A DNA stretch of 64,000 bases from an uncultured Candidatus Binatia bacterium (lineage in GTDB: Bacteria > Desulfobacterota > Binatia > Bin18), in the NCBI GenBank assembly GCA_965200965.1, contig OZ241744.1, forward strand, positions 1,984,001 through 2,048,000, read 5' to 3'. Below the pieces are notes generated by a model. It was not told where the DNA came from and ran no database searches. It saw nothing but the letters and a program-made list of their open reading frames with translations. How positions within the stretch are numbered: the stretch's first letter is position 1; each line of letters opens with the position of its first letter. The translations under genes and the position numbers were made by a program. This document shows, piece after piece, positions 32,568 to 42,762 of the stretch.

Positions 32568-33368
32568 TCAACCATCCCTCGGGCCGATCACGGTCGTGAG
32601 CTTATGGAGAAAAAGCCCGACCTCAGCCGTACTCTTGAGTCGATAACCAGCAGTGGTCTCCCGTGGTACCTCCGCCACCACAATTCCAAGGCCGCGTCCT
32701 GCCACAGCGCTGAATGCGTCCTCATCTGTCACATCATCGCCAATGTATACCGGCAGAGCATCCGTTCCGGCATATCCCATCGCGTCCAACAGCCACAGCA
32801 CGGCCTTACCCTTATGCCAATCAACGGCCGGCCGCAGCTCAAAGACCTTTTTGCCCAAGCCCTTGCGCAGCTCTGGACACCGCCGCAGCACGGCATCAAC
32901 GACCGGCTCCAAGCGCGCCGCACATTGGGGCGGTGCCTCACGAAAGTGAACCGCAATGGAGAACTTCTTGCGCTCAACGCGCGCCCCAGCGATCCCCGAC
33001 AAGGACCGACGGAACTCGTGCTCAGCCCGGTCCAGACTGGCCAAAAAACCCTGGCTGTGTTCGTAGTTCAGGTCCATACCCGGCGGGCCGGCAATATCAA
33101 AACCGTGGCTACCGGCGTAAATCAGCCCCTTAATCCCCACCCGGCCCTGGACATCGGTCCGGTCCCGACCACTGACAATAGCGACTAGGCAGCGGGCAGC
33201 GAGCGTCCGAACCGTCCGGCGCATCTCCTCGGCCAGCACCGCCAGCTCTGGCCGAGCGACAATCGGCGTTAAGGTGCCGTCATAATCCAGGAAAACGACC
33301 GGTCGCTTGTCGCGCAGCCGGGCCACCAGCTCTTCCCACCGCTCCAGGGCCAAGGCCAACTCAGGCAT
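32568..33368 (-). CDS. otsB: trehalose-6-phosphate phosphatase
   Basis: [38 protein letters not shown]. Confidence 0.92.
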   Translation of the reverse strand: MPELALALERWEELVARLRDKRPVVFLDYDGTLTPIVARPELAVLAEEMRRTVRTLAARCLVAIVSGRDRTDVQGRVGIKGLIYAGSHGFDIAGPPGMDLNYEHSQGFLASLDRAEHEFRRSLSGIAGARVERKKFSIAVHFREAPPQCAARLEPVVDAVLRRCPELRKGLGKKVFELRPAVDWHKGKAVLWLLDAMGYAGTDALPVYIGDDVTDEDAFSAVAGRGLGIVVAEVPRETTAGYRLKSTAEVGLFLHKLTTVIGPRDG

Positions 33369-33460
33369 AGGAGGCTTCCTCTCGCGTCTACCGAATACCA
33401 TCTCTTCCCACCTCTGCAAGCCGACCCCCTGCAAGCGGCCTCCTCCCCGGCAAAAACCCC

Positions 33461-33488
33461 TTGCCTTCGCAGGCGTGTTTGTTACTCT
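33461..33488 (+). promoter_or_regulatory. sigma70 promoter of gshA
   Basis: TTGCCT-16-TACTCT with an extended TG. Confidence 0.45.
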
Positions 33489-33531
33489 AAGGCCGCTTTG
33501 GAGGCGGGGAGAGCAGTGCTAAGGGGGACGC

Positions 33532-34932
33532 ATGTCGCAATACGTTGAGGGGCCTGACGCCGAACAGGTCGTTGAGCACCACTCCCAGCTCATCGAGTAC
33601 TTCTCCCAGGCCGGGAAACCCCGCCAAGACTGGCGCATTGGTACAGAATATGAAATGGTCGGCGTATCCCGCCGCAGCGGCCGAGCCGCCCGCTACTCAA
33701 CAAAGCGGGGCATTGAGCGGCTGCTGTTCCGGCTGGCCGACTCGCTGGGCTGGGAGCCGCAAGAGGAAGACGGCCATGTGATTGCCCTGCGCGGCGAACG
33801 GGCCAATATCACCCTCGAGCCCGGGGCCCAGGTCGAACTGTCGGGCGGACAGTGCAAAACCATCCACTGCACCAGGGCCGAGTTACACCAGCACTTCGCC
33901 CATCTCTTAGCGGCTGGGAATGCTCTCGAACTCGACTTTCTGAATCTTGGCATGCAGCCGGTCAGTCCCCTCAGCGATATCCAGTGGATTCCCAAAACGC
34001 GCTATCAGTTCATGGCCCCGTATATGGAGCAGGTCGGCACGCTCGGCCATCGGATGATGAAACAAACGGCCTCAGTGCAGGTCAATTTCGATTTCAGCGA
34101 CGAAACCGACGCGATGACCAAGTTCAAGATCGGCATGGGCATCGTCCCAATTCTGACCGCCATGTTCGCCAACTCGCCCTTCTCAGACGGCAAACTGAAC
34201 GGCTATATGAGCATGCGCGGCCATGTGTGGACCGAGACCGACCCGCATCGGTGCGGCCTGCTGCCGTTTGCCTTTGCCGATCAGGTCGGCTTTGAAGACT
34301 ATGCCGAGTATGCCCTGAGCGTCCCGATGTATTTTATTGTCCGGCAGGGTCAATGGATCGACATGACCGGCATTCCCTTTCGACACTATCTTGAGCAGGG
34401 CCACGACGGACACCGGGCTACCCTCGAAGACTGGCACCAACACCTCACCACCCTCTTCCCCGAAGTCCGCCTCAAGCGCTACCTGGAGTTGCGCTGCTTT
34501 GACAGCCAGCCGTATGAGCTGATGCTGGCCGTGCCGGCCTTGTGCAAGGGCATTTTCTACGACAACGATCCGCTCTGGGCAGCCTGGGACCTGGTCAAAA
34601 AGTGGAGTTGGGAAGAGAGGCTTATGGCCTATAAGGCCGCCCACCGGGAAGCCCTCGGGGTGCGCGTCCACGGCATCCGCCTACACGACTATGCCAGCGA
34701 GCTGGTCTCAATTGCCCGGGAAGGCTTAGTGCGCCAGAACGCCGTCAATGACGCCGGAGAAAACGAGACGCTCTATCTCGAACGCCTGCGGGAAGAAGTC
34801 GCCCGCGGCCAGTGCCCGTCCTATACCTTGGTCGAGAAGTGGATGGGCGAGTGGAATTATGAAGTGGGGCGGATGATCGCCGGCACAGCCTACCGCCTGC
34901 CCGAAGAAGACCGCTCGCATCACCCCGCTTGA
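33532..34932 (+). CDS. gshA: glutamate--cysteine ligase (plant/alphaproteobacterial GCS2 type)
   Basis: IGTEYE, LEPGAQVELSG, PK.RY..M, MM..T.S.QVN.D, HLTTLFPEVRLK.YLE.R. Confidence 0.9.
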   Translation: MSQYVEGPDAEQVVEHHSQLIEYFSQAGKPRQDWRIGTEYEMVGVSRRSGRAARYSTKRGIERLLFRLADSLGWEPQEEDGHVIALRGERANITLEPGAQVELSGGQCKTIHCTRAELHQHFAHLLAAGNALELDFLNLGMQPVSPLSDIQWIPKTRYQFMAPYMEQVGTLGHRMMKQTASVQVNFDFSDETDAMTKFKIGMGIVPILTAMFANSPFSDGKLNGYMSMRGHVWTETDPHRCGLLPFAFADQVGFEDYAEYALSVPMYFIVRQGQWIDMTGIPFRHYLEQGHDGHRATLEDWHQHLTTLFPEVRLKRYLELRCFDSQPYELMLAVPALCKGIFYDNDPLWAAWDLVKKWSWEERLMAYKAAHREALGVRVHGIRLHDYASELVSIAREGLVRQNAVNDAGENETLYLERLREEVARGQCPSYTLVEKWMGEWNYEVGRMIAGTAYRLPEEDRSHHPA

Positions 34933-35063
34933 GCCACCTTGACAGGCCGGGCAGTGAGGCAGCCACTTGCCTGATACGGGAAGCCGCTCCCCCACCCGCC
35001 CCTTGTGTTCCCGGCGTTTCGTGCTATGAAGCCGGGCAGCACTACGCTATGACAGGATCCCGC

Positions 35064-36016
35064 ATGGAACTCAGTAGAGAGCAACTGCTCTGGATGTACG
35101 AGCGCATGCAGCTCATCCGAGGGTTTGAGAACCGGGTGAAACTTGAATTTGGCAAAGGCAAGATTCCCGGCTTCGTCCACCTGTACGCCGGCGAAGAGGC
35201 CGTTGCGGTCGGTATTTGCGCCAATCTGACTGATCGGGACTACATGACCTCAACCCACCGCGGCCGCGGCCATTGTCTGGCCAAGGGCGTTGAGCCACGC
35301 GGCATGATGGCAGAACTGTTTGGCAAGGCCACCGGAACCTGCAAAGGCAAGGGTGGCTCAATGCACATTGCGGATATGGACAAGGGCATGTTGGGTGCCA
35401 ACGGCATTGTTGGCGGCGGCCCGCCGCTGGCCCGCGGCTCGGGCCTGACTGCCAAGACCAACACGACCGATCAGGTCACGATCTGCTTTTTTGGCGACGG
35501 CGCATCTGAGCAGGGCACGCTGCACGAGAGCCTGAACCTGGCCGCCATCTGGAAACTGCCGGTCGTCTTTGTGGCCGAAAACAACGGCTACGCCGAGTCC
35601 ACCCCCGCCCATTACCATTGCAGTGTCGAAAACATCGCCGACCGCGCCGCTGCCTACAACATGCCCGGCCTCAGCATTGACGGCAACGATATCTTCGCCG
35701 TCCACGAGGCGACTTCCCAAGCGGTGGTGCGGGAGGGGCCAACCCTGCTTGAGTGTAAAACCTACCGTTTCTACGGCCATTACGAGGGCGACAGCAGACC
35801 TACAAAATCCCCGAGGAAAACGAAAAATATCAGGCCGAGAAGGACCCGATCGCCCTCTCTACGGACAGGGTTGTGTCCCGTCAGCTCGCCACCGAAGACG
35901 AACTCAAGGCCATTGACGAACAGGTCAAGGCCGGCATCGAAGACGCCGGCCGGTTTGCCGAAGACAGCCCGTTTCCAGATGTCGCGGAAACCTTTACCGA
36001 TGTGTATGTCAATTAA
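35064..36016 (+). pseudogene. acoA: acetoin/2-oxoacid dehydrogenase E1 alpha, frameshifted
   Basis: GFVHLYAGEEA, GKGGSMH and GDGA..NN are present. Lesions: frameshift near 35792 (native tail QTYK...DPI...TDVYVN* lies in another frame), THRGRGH in place of THRGHGH, and a short deletion before GPTLLE. Confidence 0.8.
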
Positions 36017-36085
36017 TAACAAGCGCCCAGCGGTCGGGCCGCTCGCCACCAGCCGCAGTACGCTTTCCTGCCGGAGGGGATAATC

Positions 36086-37088
36086 ATGGCCGAAAGACAG
36101 CTCAATTTTAATCAGGCGCTGAACGAGGCGAGGCGACAGGAGATGCAACGCGACCCCACATTCATCCTGCTCGGCGAAGATGTCGCCGGCGGGGCAGATG
36201 TTGAACACCTGCACGGGGAGGACGCCTGGGGCGGGATGCTGAGCGTGACCAAGGGCCTCGTCCAGGAGTTTGGCCGTGACCGGATTCTTGACACCCCGAT
36301 CAGTGAGTCGGGCTTTATCGGGGCCGCGGCCACCGGCCTGCGTCCCATCGCCGAGATGATGTTCGTCGGGTTTATGGGCGTGTGCTTTGGCCAGATTCTG
36401 AATCAGGGGGCCAAGCTGCGTTACATGTTCGGCGGCAAGGCCGAGGTCCCGCTCGTCTCATCCGCACCATCTGCGGCGGCGGCTTTCGGGCCGCGGCCCA
36501 GCACTCCCAAGTCCTGTATTCGCTGTTCACCCATATTCCAGGCGTCAAAACGGTGGTGCCGGCCACGCCCTACGACGCCAAAGGGCTGCTGATCTCCTCC
36601 GTCCGGGACAACGATCTGTGATCTTTTTTGAAGACATCACGCTCGGCACAACGAAAGGCCCGGTTCCTGAAGCGCCGTACACGATTCCTTTGGGCAAGGC
36701 CGACATCAAACGCGAGGGCAACGATGTAACCATTGTGGCGATCGGGAAAATGGTCCACCACGCCCTCCAAGCGGCCCAAGCCCTGCAACAGCAGGGCCGG
36801 AGTGCCGAGGTCATTGACCCGTCTGGCCTGTCCCCCTTTGACGAGCAGACGGTGCTGGACTCGGTCGAAAAGACCGGCCTCCTGATCGTGGTTGATGATT
36901 CGCACCCACGCTGGAACATCACCAGGGATATTGCCGCGGTTGTGGCCGACAAGGGCTTTGACTTCCTCAACGCGCCGATTAAAACCGTCAGCGCACCGCA
37001 TACGCCAGTGCCCTTCAGCCCGGCCCTGGAAGACCACTATCTGCCGAACGCGGCCAAAGTCACCGAAGCCGCCCTCGCGCTGTTCTAA
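36086..37088 (+). pseudogene. acoB: acetoin/2-oxoacid dehydrogenase E1 beta, two frameshifts
   Basis: GEDV, DTPISE, NQ.AK.RYMFGG. Frameshifts near 36457 and 36616 split it over three ORFs (36086-36592, 36382-36621, 36618-37088). Confidence 0.82.
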
Positions 37089-37113
37089 GGACCCGGCTCA
37101 GCCCGTGCCGCTT

Positions 37114-38094
37114 ATGAGTGCTGTTGGGATCATCGCAAACCCGCGGGCGGGCAAAGATATCCGGCGTCTCGTCGCCCACGGCTCGGTCCTTGACACCCAA
37201 GAGAAGGTCTATATTGTTCGCCGGGCCGTGCTCGGTCTGGAAGGGGCCGGGGTGGACGAGATCGTTTTGTTCCCCGACCCAGCCTCCATCGGCCTCAAAG
37301 CCCTGTCCGGCCTTGAGGGCAACAGAAAGGCCCGCGTCCGCCTGCTGAAAATGTCGGTCTACGACGAAGCCGCCGACTCCACCCGGGCGGCCTGCCTTAT
37401 GCGGGAGCAGGGCGTGGCGTGTGTCATCGTCCTGGGCGGAGACGGCACCAACCGGGTCGTCACCAAGGGCTGCGGCACCATGCCCCTGGTTCCCCTGTCC
37501 ACGGGCACCAACAACGCGTTTCCGCGCTTTATCGAATCCACCCTGGCCGGGATGGCGGCCGGCTATTACGCGGCCCAAGGCCTGCCTCAGCACGCCTTCT
37601 CGTTTCCAACAAAACGCCTCAATCTGTACCGCAACAGCACCTTTGCCGATGTGGCCCTGATCGATGTCGCGGTCTGCGATTATCAGTTTGTTGGTGCCCG
37701 CGCCCTGTGGGAGGTCGGCCGTCTCAAACAACTCTTTCTGACCCAGGGCCAGCCGACCAACATCGGCCTGGCCTCAATCGGCGGGATGCTTGACCCCGTC
37801 CGACCCGGCGAAGCCGCGGGTCTGCATCTGCAACTCGGAGACGGAGGACGAGCAGTCACCGCCGCCATCGCCCCAGGGCTGGTCGCCTCAGTCGGTGTGC
37901 AAAGCCACACCCGAATGCCGCTCAACGCGCGTGCCCCAGTCACCTTCAAGCCGTCCATCCTGGCCCTGGACGGGGAGCGCGAGATTCCGGTCGCCGCAGG
38001 CGACACCTGGGAAGTCGAGCTGAGCTGGGACGGCCCTCGCGTACTTGATATAGCCAAGGTCATGGATGCAGTCCGAGAAAGGAGGAAGGCATGA
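37114..38094 (+). CDS. acoX: AcoX / ATP-NAD kinase family protein
   Basis: VGIIANP.AGKDIRRLVA, LGGDGTNR, STGTNN.FP, ALDGERE; follows acoAB. Confidence 0.85.
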   Translation: MSAVGIIANPRAGKDIRRLVAHGSVLDTQEKVYIVRRAVLGLEGAGVDEIVLFPDPASIGLKALSGLEGNRKARVRLLKMSVYDEAADSTRAACLMREQGVACVIVLGGDGTNRVVTKGCGTMPLVPLSTGTNNAFPRFIESTLAGMAAGYYAAQGLPQHAFSFPTKRLNLYRNSTFADVALIDVAVCDYQFVGARALWEVGRLKQLFLTQGQPTNIGLASIGGMLDPVRPGEAAGLHLQLGDGGRAVTAAIAPGLVASVGVQSHTRMPLNARAPVTFKPSILALDGEREIPVAAGDTWEVELSWDGPRVLDIAKVMDAVRERRKA

Positions 38095-38363
38095 TGCACT
38101 GGCTAGTCATAGAACTGGCCGAAGAGGTGGCACCTTTCCTTGCAAAAAAAGTGGGAAAGAAGGCGCTTACCCTGGCAACACAGAAACGAACTCCGTTGGG
38201 TGTCAACAGAATAAGAGGAGACCTGTTGCAGGAGGGGGCACCGTTTGCAGAGGAAGCAGCGGCATCTATTGACCAGCAGTTCCGCGGCCGAATTGCGGAC
38301 AGGGCGGAACTGCGGAGCAGGATTGAACAGGAGGTGCAGGCACGGCTTGGCCGGAAAAGATAA
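38091..38363 (+). CDS. hypothetical protein (90 aa)
   Basis: AGGAGG RBS, ATGA overlap with the acoX stop, A-rich composition. Confidence 0.55.
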   Translation: MMHWLVIELAEEVAPFLAKKVGKKALTLATQKRTPLGVNRIRGDLLQEGAPFAEEAAASIDQQFRGRIADRAELRSRIEQEVQARLGRKR

Positions 38364-38463
38364 CCGCGCTCACATGGAAAGGAGCAAACACGGGGCCCCG
38401 AATCCTCTCTGAAGACCAGATACATGCCCCAATTTGTCTCCTTCCAGAAGAGAGACATCAGCC

Positions 38464-39435
38464 ATGCAGGTCATGATCTGCACCACCCATTTTCCGCACT
38501 GCGCCGAAGTCCTGCGCCGACACCTGCCCGACGACACGATCAGCGCCTGCCCGGCCGAGCAGGTAGTTGAGAGAGCAGCCGAGGCCGATGTACTGATCCC
38601 GGCCATGTACCGGCTAGATGCCAGGGTGATTGACACCACCTCAGCCACTCTGATCAACCAATTTGGCGTTGGCCTTGAGGGGGTGGATATTCCTGCCGCG
38701 ACCCGGCGTGGCATCTACGTCGCCAATGTCCCGGGCCACGAAGGCGCGGGCAACGCCGTGTCGGTCTCCGAACACGCCATCTTTCTGATGCTCAGCCTGG
38801 CCCGCGGCTATCCGCAAGCGCAGCAGAACATCCGTAACCGTGTCTCGGGCGTTCTGCTCGGCACGGCGCTGATGGGCAAGACCGTCGCCATTTTTGGCCT
38901 GGGGAGTATCGGCCGCCAACTCGCCCTGCGCCTCACGCCCTTTCAGGTCCGCCTGCTGGGCATCAAACAACGCCCGTCCGAAGCCCTCAAAAACACCCTC
39001 GGTCTTAATTTTCTTGGCACCCAGAAAGATATCGCGCAGGTCCTGGCGCAGGCCGATTTTGTGGTCTTGGCCCTGCCCGTGACCCCAGCAACGCGGGCCA
39101 TGCTGGACGCCGCGGCCTTCGCCCGGATGAAAAACACGGCCTTTGTCATCAATGTCGCCCGCGGGCCGGTCATTGACCACGGTGCCCTGGTGAGTGCCTT
39201 AGCCCAGGGACAGATTGCCGGAGCCGGACTTGATGTATTTTGGGACGAACCAGCCGACCCCAACGACCCGCTGTTTCAGTACAATGTCATCGCCACCCCC
39301 CACACCGCCGGCGTCACCGAGCTCTCGTATCACGACATCGCGCACGGCCTGGCCGCAAACGTCAACCGTATCCGGACCGGTCAGCCGCCGCTCAACTGCG
39401 CCAACCTCAAAGCGCTCCAGGCCGGCCAGCGCTGA
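38464..39435 (+). CDS. D-isomer-specific 2-hydroxyacid dehydrogenase
   Basis: GLGSIG, INVARG, GAGLDVF..EP, TPHTAG. Confidence 0.92.
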   Translation: MQVMICTTHFPHCAEVLRRHLPDDTISACPAEQVVERAAEADVLIPAMYRLDARVIDTTSATLINQFGVGLEGVDIPAATRRGIYVANVPGHEGAGNAVSVSEHAIFLMLSLARGYPQAQQNIRNRVSGVLLGTALMGKTVAIFGLGSIGRQLALRLTPFQVRLLGIKQRPSEALKNTLGLNFLGTQKDIAQVLAQADFVVLALPVTPATRAMLDAAAFARMKNTAFVINVARGPVIDHGALVSALAQGQIAGAGLDVFWDEPADPNDPLFQYNVIATPHTAGVTELSYHDIAHGLAANVNRIRTGQPPLNCANLKALQAGQR

Positions 39436-39457
39436 GGTATCCGGTCACACCCGAGCG

Positions 39458-40237
39458 ATGAAAGACGACATGGGCCGGCTGGCTTTGCGGACGCTGAGGA
39501 CAGGCATCCGGGTGCTGCTCATAACGCTGTGTACCTGCCAGAGCCAGCCGTCACCCCCGCCCAGCCGGCCCCCGAGCCGGCTGGACCTGTCACAGGTCGG
39601 GAGCATCTCCGGCCATGTCCGCTTTGAGGGACCTGTCCCCGCCCAGACCCCGCTCCAACTCGGCGGCTGGTCGGCATGTCGCGCCCAGTACCCAGACGGC
39701 CGGCTGCTGGCCGCCAACCTGCTTGTCCACAACGGGAAACTCCAGAACGCACTCGTGTCCATCAGCCACGGCCTGGGCGATCGTGTCTTTGCCGTGCCCA
39801 AGGAGCCAGTCAGCAGCGACCAGAGAGGCTGTGTGTTCATCCCCCGGATTCTGACCGTCCGGGCCGGCCAGCCGCCGCGGTTTATGAACAGTGACCCCAT
39901 CGCCCATAACGTCCACGGCTGGCCCCATCGGGCGCGTCCGTGGAACTTCAGCCTGGGCGTGAAAGGCACCGCGCAAACGATTCGCATCCACACGCCAGAG
40001 AACAGGATTCCCGTCAGCTGTGATATTCACGGCTGGATGCGGGCCTATGTGGCCGTTTTCGACCATCCCTATTTTGCCCTGAGCGATGCCGAGGGACGCT
40101 TTTCCTTGGTCAATGTACCGCCGGGTTCCTATGTGATAGAAGCTTGGCACGAACGCCTGGGGGTGCGCCGCCGGCGGCTCCATCTGGAACCGCAGGACAA
40201 GCGCGAACTGGTTTTTACTTTTCGCCGCAGCGGCTGA
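39458..40237 (+). CDS. exported carboxypeptidase-regulatory-like / cupredoxin-like protein
   Basis: Signal-like N-terminus, DQ.GC.F.P, N.D...HNVH, CDIH.WM, HPYFA, VPPG.Y...AWHE.LG. Confidence 0.75.
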   Translation: MKDDMGRLALRTLRTGIRVLLITLCTCQSQPSPPPSRPPSRLDLSQVGSISGHVRFEGPVPAQTPLQLGGWSACRAQYPDGRLLAANLLVHNGKLQNALVSISHGLGDRVFAVPKEPVSSDQRGCVFIPRILTVRAGQPPRFMNSDPIAHNVHGWPHRARPWNFSLGVKGTAQTIRIHTPENRIPVSCDIHGWMRAYVAVFDHPYFALSDAEGRFSLVNVPPGSYVIEAWHERLGVRRRRLHLEPQDKRELVFTFRRSG

Positions 40238-40240
40238 GCC

Positions 40241-40624
40241 ATGAAATATGTGTGGATAGGCTTAGGCGGCTTTCTGGGGGCGAATGCGCGGGCGCTGCTC
40301 GCCGACTGGGCGCTCCAGCGTTTTGGCCCGGCTTTTCCCTACGGCACTTGTCTCGCCAATATCAGCGGCAGTTTTCTGCTCGGGGTGCTCATGGTTGTCC
40401 TGAGCCACCACGACCTGCTCCAGTCTCCCTATCGCCTCTTTTTTGCGGTCGGCTTTCTAGGGGCGTATACGACCTTCTCCACCTACACCTATGAGGCGCT
40501 CGGGCTGGCGCAGGCCGGGAGGTTTGGCTTGGCCGGCCTCACCCTCTTTGGCAGTGTCGCGCTCGGGCTGCTGGGCGTGGGTCTGGGCATCATCCTGGCC
40601 AGAGGCATACTCGGCCCGTCATAA
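40241..40624 (+). CDS. crcB: fluoride channel Fluc
   Basis: GGFLGA..R, FPYGT..AN..GSF, GFLGAYTTFST. Confidence 0.95.
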   Translation: MKYVWIGLGGFLGANARALLADWALQRFGPAFPYGTCLANISGSFLLGVLMVVLSHHDLLQSPYRLFFAVGFLGAYTTFSTYTYEALGLAQAGRFGLAGLTLFGSVALGLLGVGLGIILARGILGPS

Positions 40625-40735
40625 GCCGGGCGCGGCCTGCTCGCCCTTGCGTGCAAACACCCAGCCCAGTATAGGAAAAAGACCGCCCCGGCCGGCCGCG
40701 CCGGCGGCTCAGAGCAGCCAGGGCCACATCCACCC

Positions 40736-40954
40736 ATGTCACACCCTAGCGCTACACAAGGCTGGACACGCCCGCCCGGCCCTTCAATTGCGCCGCTTGG
40801 CATGGTCGGCCTGAGCCTCTTGCTGTCCCAGTGCCTGGCCAAACCTCTTCCTCCGGCCACGGTCACGCCCGCGCCTTCGGCCGCGGCTCAGCAAGCCAGC
40901 GAGTCCCCCCAGGAAATCCTGAACCGTTTTAATACCTTTCTTGACCGTGCCTGA
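40736..40954 (+). CDS. hypothetical small exported protein
   Basis: Hydrophobic stretch ending in Cys, Pro/Ala linker; ends 8 bp before aat. Confidence 0.35.
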   Translation: MSHPSATQGWTRPPGPSIAPLGMVGLSLLLSQCLAKPLPPATVTPAPSAAAQQASESPQEILNRFNTFLDRA

Positions 40955-40962
40955 TCCCCGTA

Positions 40963-41640
40963 ATGCCAGTCTATCAGTTGAGCCAGGAGTTGGTCTTCCC
41001 CGATCCTGAATGGGCCAACCCCCAGGGTGTGCTGGCCGTTGGCGGCGACCTGCGGGTTGATCGCCTGCTGCTCGCCTACCACCAGGGTATTTTTCCGTGG
41101 TACGAAGAAGGCTGCCCTATTATGTGGTGGAGCCCGCCGCGCCGCTGTGTGCTCAGACCGCAAGAGTTTCACGCCTCGCGCAGCCTCAAGCGGCTGATCA
41201 AACAGGCGCGTTTCCGCATCACCCGCGACCGGGCGTTCCGGTCGGTGATTCGCGCCTGCGCCGAGACACGCTTGGCCAACGGCCAGGGCACCTGGATCAC
41301 CCGGGATATGATTGAGGCATATTGCGTCCTGCACCACACCGGATTTGCCCACTCGGTTGAGGCCTGGGACGGACCGCGCCTGGCCGGCGGGATATATGGG
41401 GTGAGCCTTGGCGGGGCCTTCTTTGGCGAATCCATGTTTGCGCATGTCTCCAACGCCTCGAAAGTCGCGTTTTTCAGCTTGGCCCGGCAACTCGGGGAAT
41501 GGGGCTTCAGCCTGCTCGACTGCCAACTCAGCAATCCCCATCTACACCGTCTGGGGGCGTATGAGATCCCTCGCGCGGAGTTCCTGGCCCGACTGAACCA
41601 TGCCCTGAGCCGGCCCACCCGACGGGGCAATTGGGGCTGA
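40963..41640 (+). CDS. aat: leucyl/phenylalanyl-tRNA--protein transferase
   Basis: LAVGGDL, AY..GIFPW, WWSP, TWI, AHSVEAW, F.GESMF, ASKVA, DCQ. Confidence 0.95.
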   Translation: MPVYQLSQELVFPDPEWANPQGVLAVGGDLRVDRLLLAYHQGIFPWYEEGCPIMWWSPPRRCVLRPQEFHASRSLKRLIKQARFRITRDRAFRSVIRACAETRLANGQGTWITRDMIEAYCVLHHTGFAHSVEAWDGPRLAGGIYGVSLGGAFFGESMFAHVSNASKVAFFSLARQLGEWGFSLLDCQLSNPHLHRLGAYEIPRAEFLARLNHALSRPTRRGNWG

Positions 41641-41720
41641 GCCGGCCTGGACCCAAGCACCTGTCAGCCCTCCTGGCCGGCCAAGGCAGGGGTCAGACGC
41701 GCCGGCTGCCGAGAGCCGGA

Positions 41721-41748
41721 TTGACCTTGGCTTGATTCCCCCTATACT
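41721..41748 (+). promoter_or_regulatory. sigma70 promoter
   Basis: TTGACC-16-TATACT. Confidence 0.5.
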
Positions 41749-41806
41749 CTGCCAAGGCAGGCAGGAGACAGTCCGGCTCGGCTCCGACCTCTGGAGAGGA
41801 GAGGAT

Positions 41807-42043
41807 ATGATTATCGATACAGAGACCTTTGCGGAGATCAAAAGCGCCGTCAATCAAGCGACGCGGGGGATCGGTACCGCCACCCAACTCGTCAAAGGTC
41901 TCGGTCCCCAGACCGAAGAAGCCCGGACCTATATCAGCCGGCTGCTCAACCAGATTCTCGAGGTCCAGGTCCATGTCCAACGCGCCAATGCAGTCCTTGA
42001 CGCGCTCAAAGACGCCAACCAGGAAGAAGGCTCGCAACAATAG
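41807..42043 (+). CDS. small helical-bundle hypothetical protein (78 aa)
   Basis: GAGGA RBS, upstream promoter, amphipathic helices. Confidence 0.65.
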   Translation: MIIDTETFAEIKSAVNQATRGIGTATQLVKGLGPQTEEARTYISRLLNQILEVQVHVQRANAVLDALKDANQEEGSQQ

Positions 42044-42095
42044 TTATCTTCCTGCCCCAGGCTGTCGCATCCCCGGCCGTGGTTCAGGAGGTGGA

Positions 42096-42686
42096 ATGCT
42101 GGAAGGAAAAATTGAGCATATTCGTCGGACCTTGGCCAGCCACACCTTCGCCCCCCCGACATTGGAAACCGAAATACGGGCCGGCGTCGCCCTCCTCTTG
42201 CAGCCCCAGCGCGACGACCTGCACCTGCTGTTCATCCACCGTGCCCATCACCCCCAGGACCCGTGGTCTGGGCACATGGCTTTTCCCGGCGGACGCCACG
42301 AGCCGGACGACCCCAGTTTGCTGGTCACAACCCAACGCGAGACCAAAGAAGAAGTCGGCATTGACCTGGAGCGGCACGGCGAATACCTGGGGTATCTCCC
42401 AGCCGTTCAGGCCACCGCACGCGGCCGAGCCATCCCCATGACCGTCGCCCCGTATGTCTACCTGGTCTCTGCCCAGGCCCGCCCCGACCCCGACCCGCTT
42501 GAGGTCCAGGATACCATCTGGGTACCGCTGGCCTTTATGCAACAGGATGGTGTTGAGCAGCAGGTCCGGCGCGAGCTGCACGACGGGACCTCCATACAGG
42601 TCCCCGCCCTGGTCTACGCTGGCAAGACGATCTGGGGCCTGACCTATCGCATGTTGCGCGGGTTTCTGGAACTCATTGAACACTGA
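42096..42686 (+). CDS. Nudix hydrolase (CoA pyrophosphatase type)
   Basis: WSGHMAFPGG, RETKEEVG, IWGLT; AGGAGG RBS. Confidence 0.9.
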   Translation: MLEGKIEHIRRTLASHTFAPPTLETEIRAGVALLLQPQRDDLHLLFIHRAHHPQDPWSGHMAFPGGRHEPDDPSLLVTTQRETKEEVGIDLERHGEYLGYLPAVQATARGRAIPMTVAPYVYLVSAQARPDPDPLEVQDTIWVPLAFMQQDGVEQQVRRELHDGTSIQVPALVYAGKTIWGLTYRMLRGFLELIEH

Positions 42687-42762
42687 ACGCTCATTCACTT
42701 GACAACCCGCCCCCGGCGTGCCACACACTCAGACATTGAAACTTCAAGAAGGAGGGTCTCAT

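Noticed and set aside
35780-36625. Programmed frameshifting in acoAB
   Set aside because: Multiple lesions of different kinds without slippery sites fit decay or sequencing error better.
39436-40240. Fluoride riboswitch upstream of crcB
   Set aside because: No GGCGATGGxGTTCGCC-type motif is seen, and crcB starts 3 bp after the previous gene.
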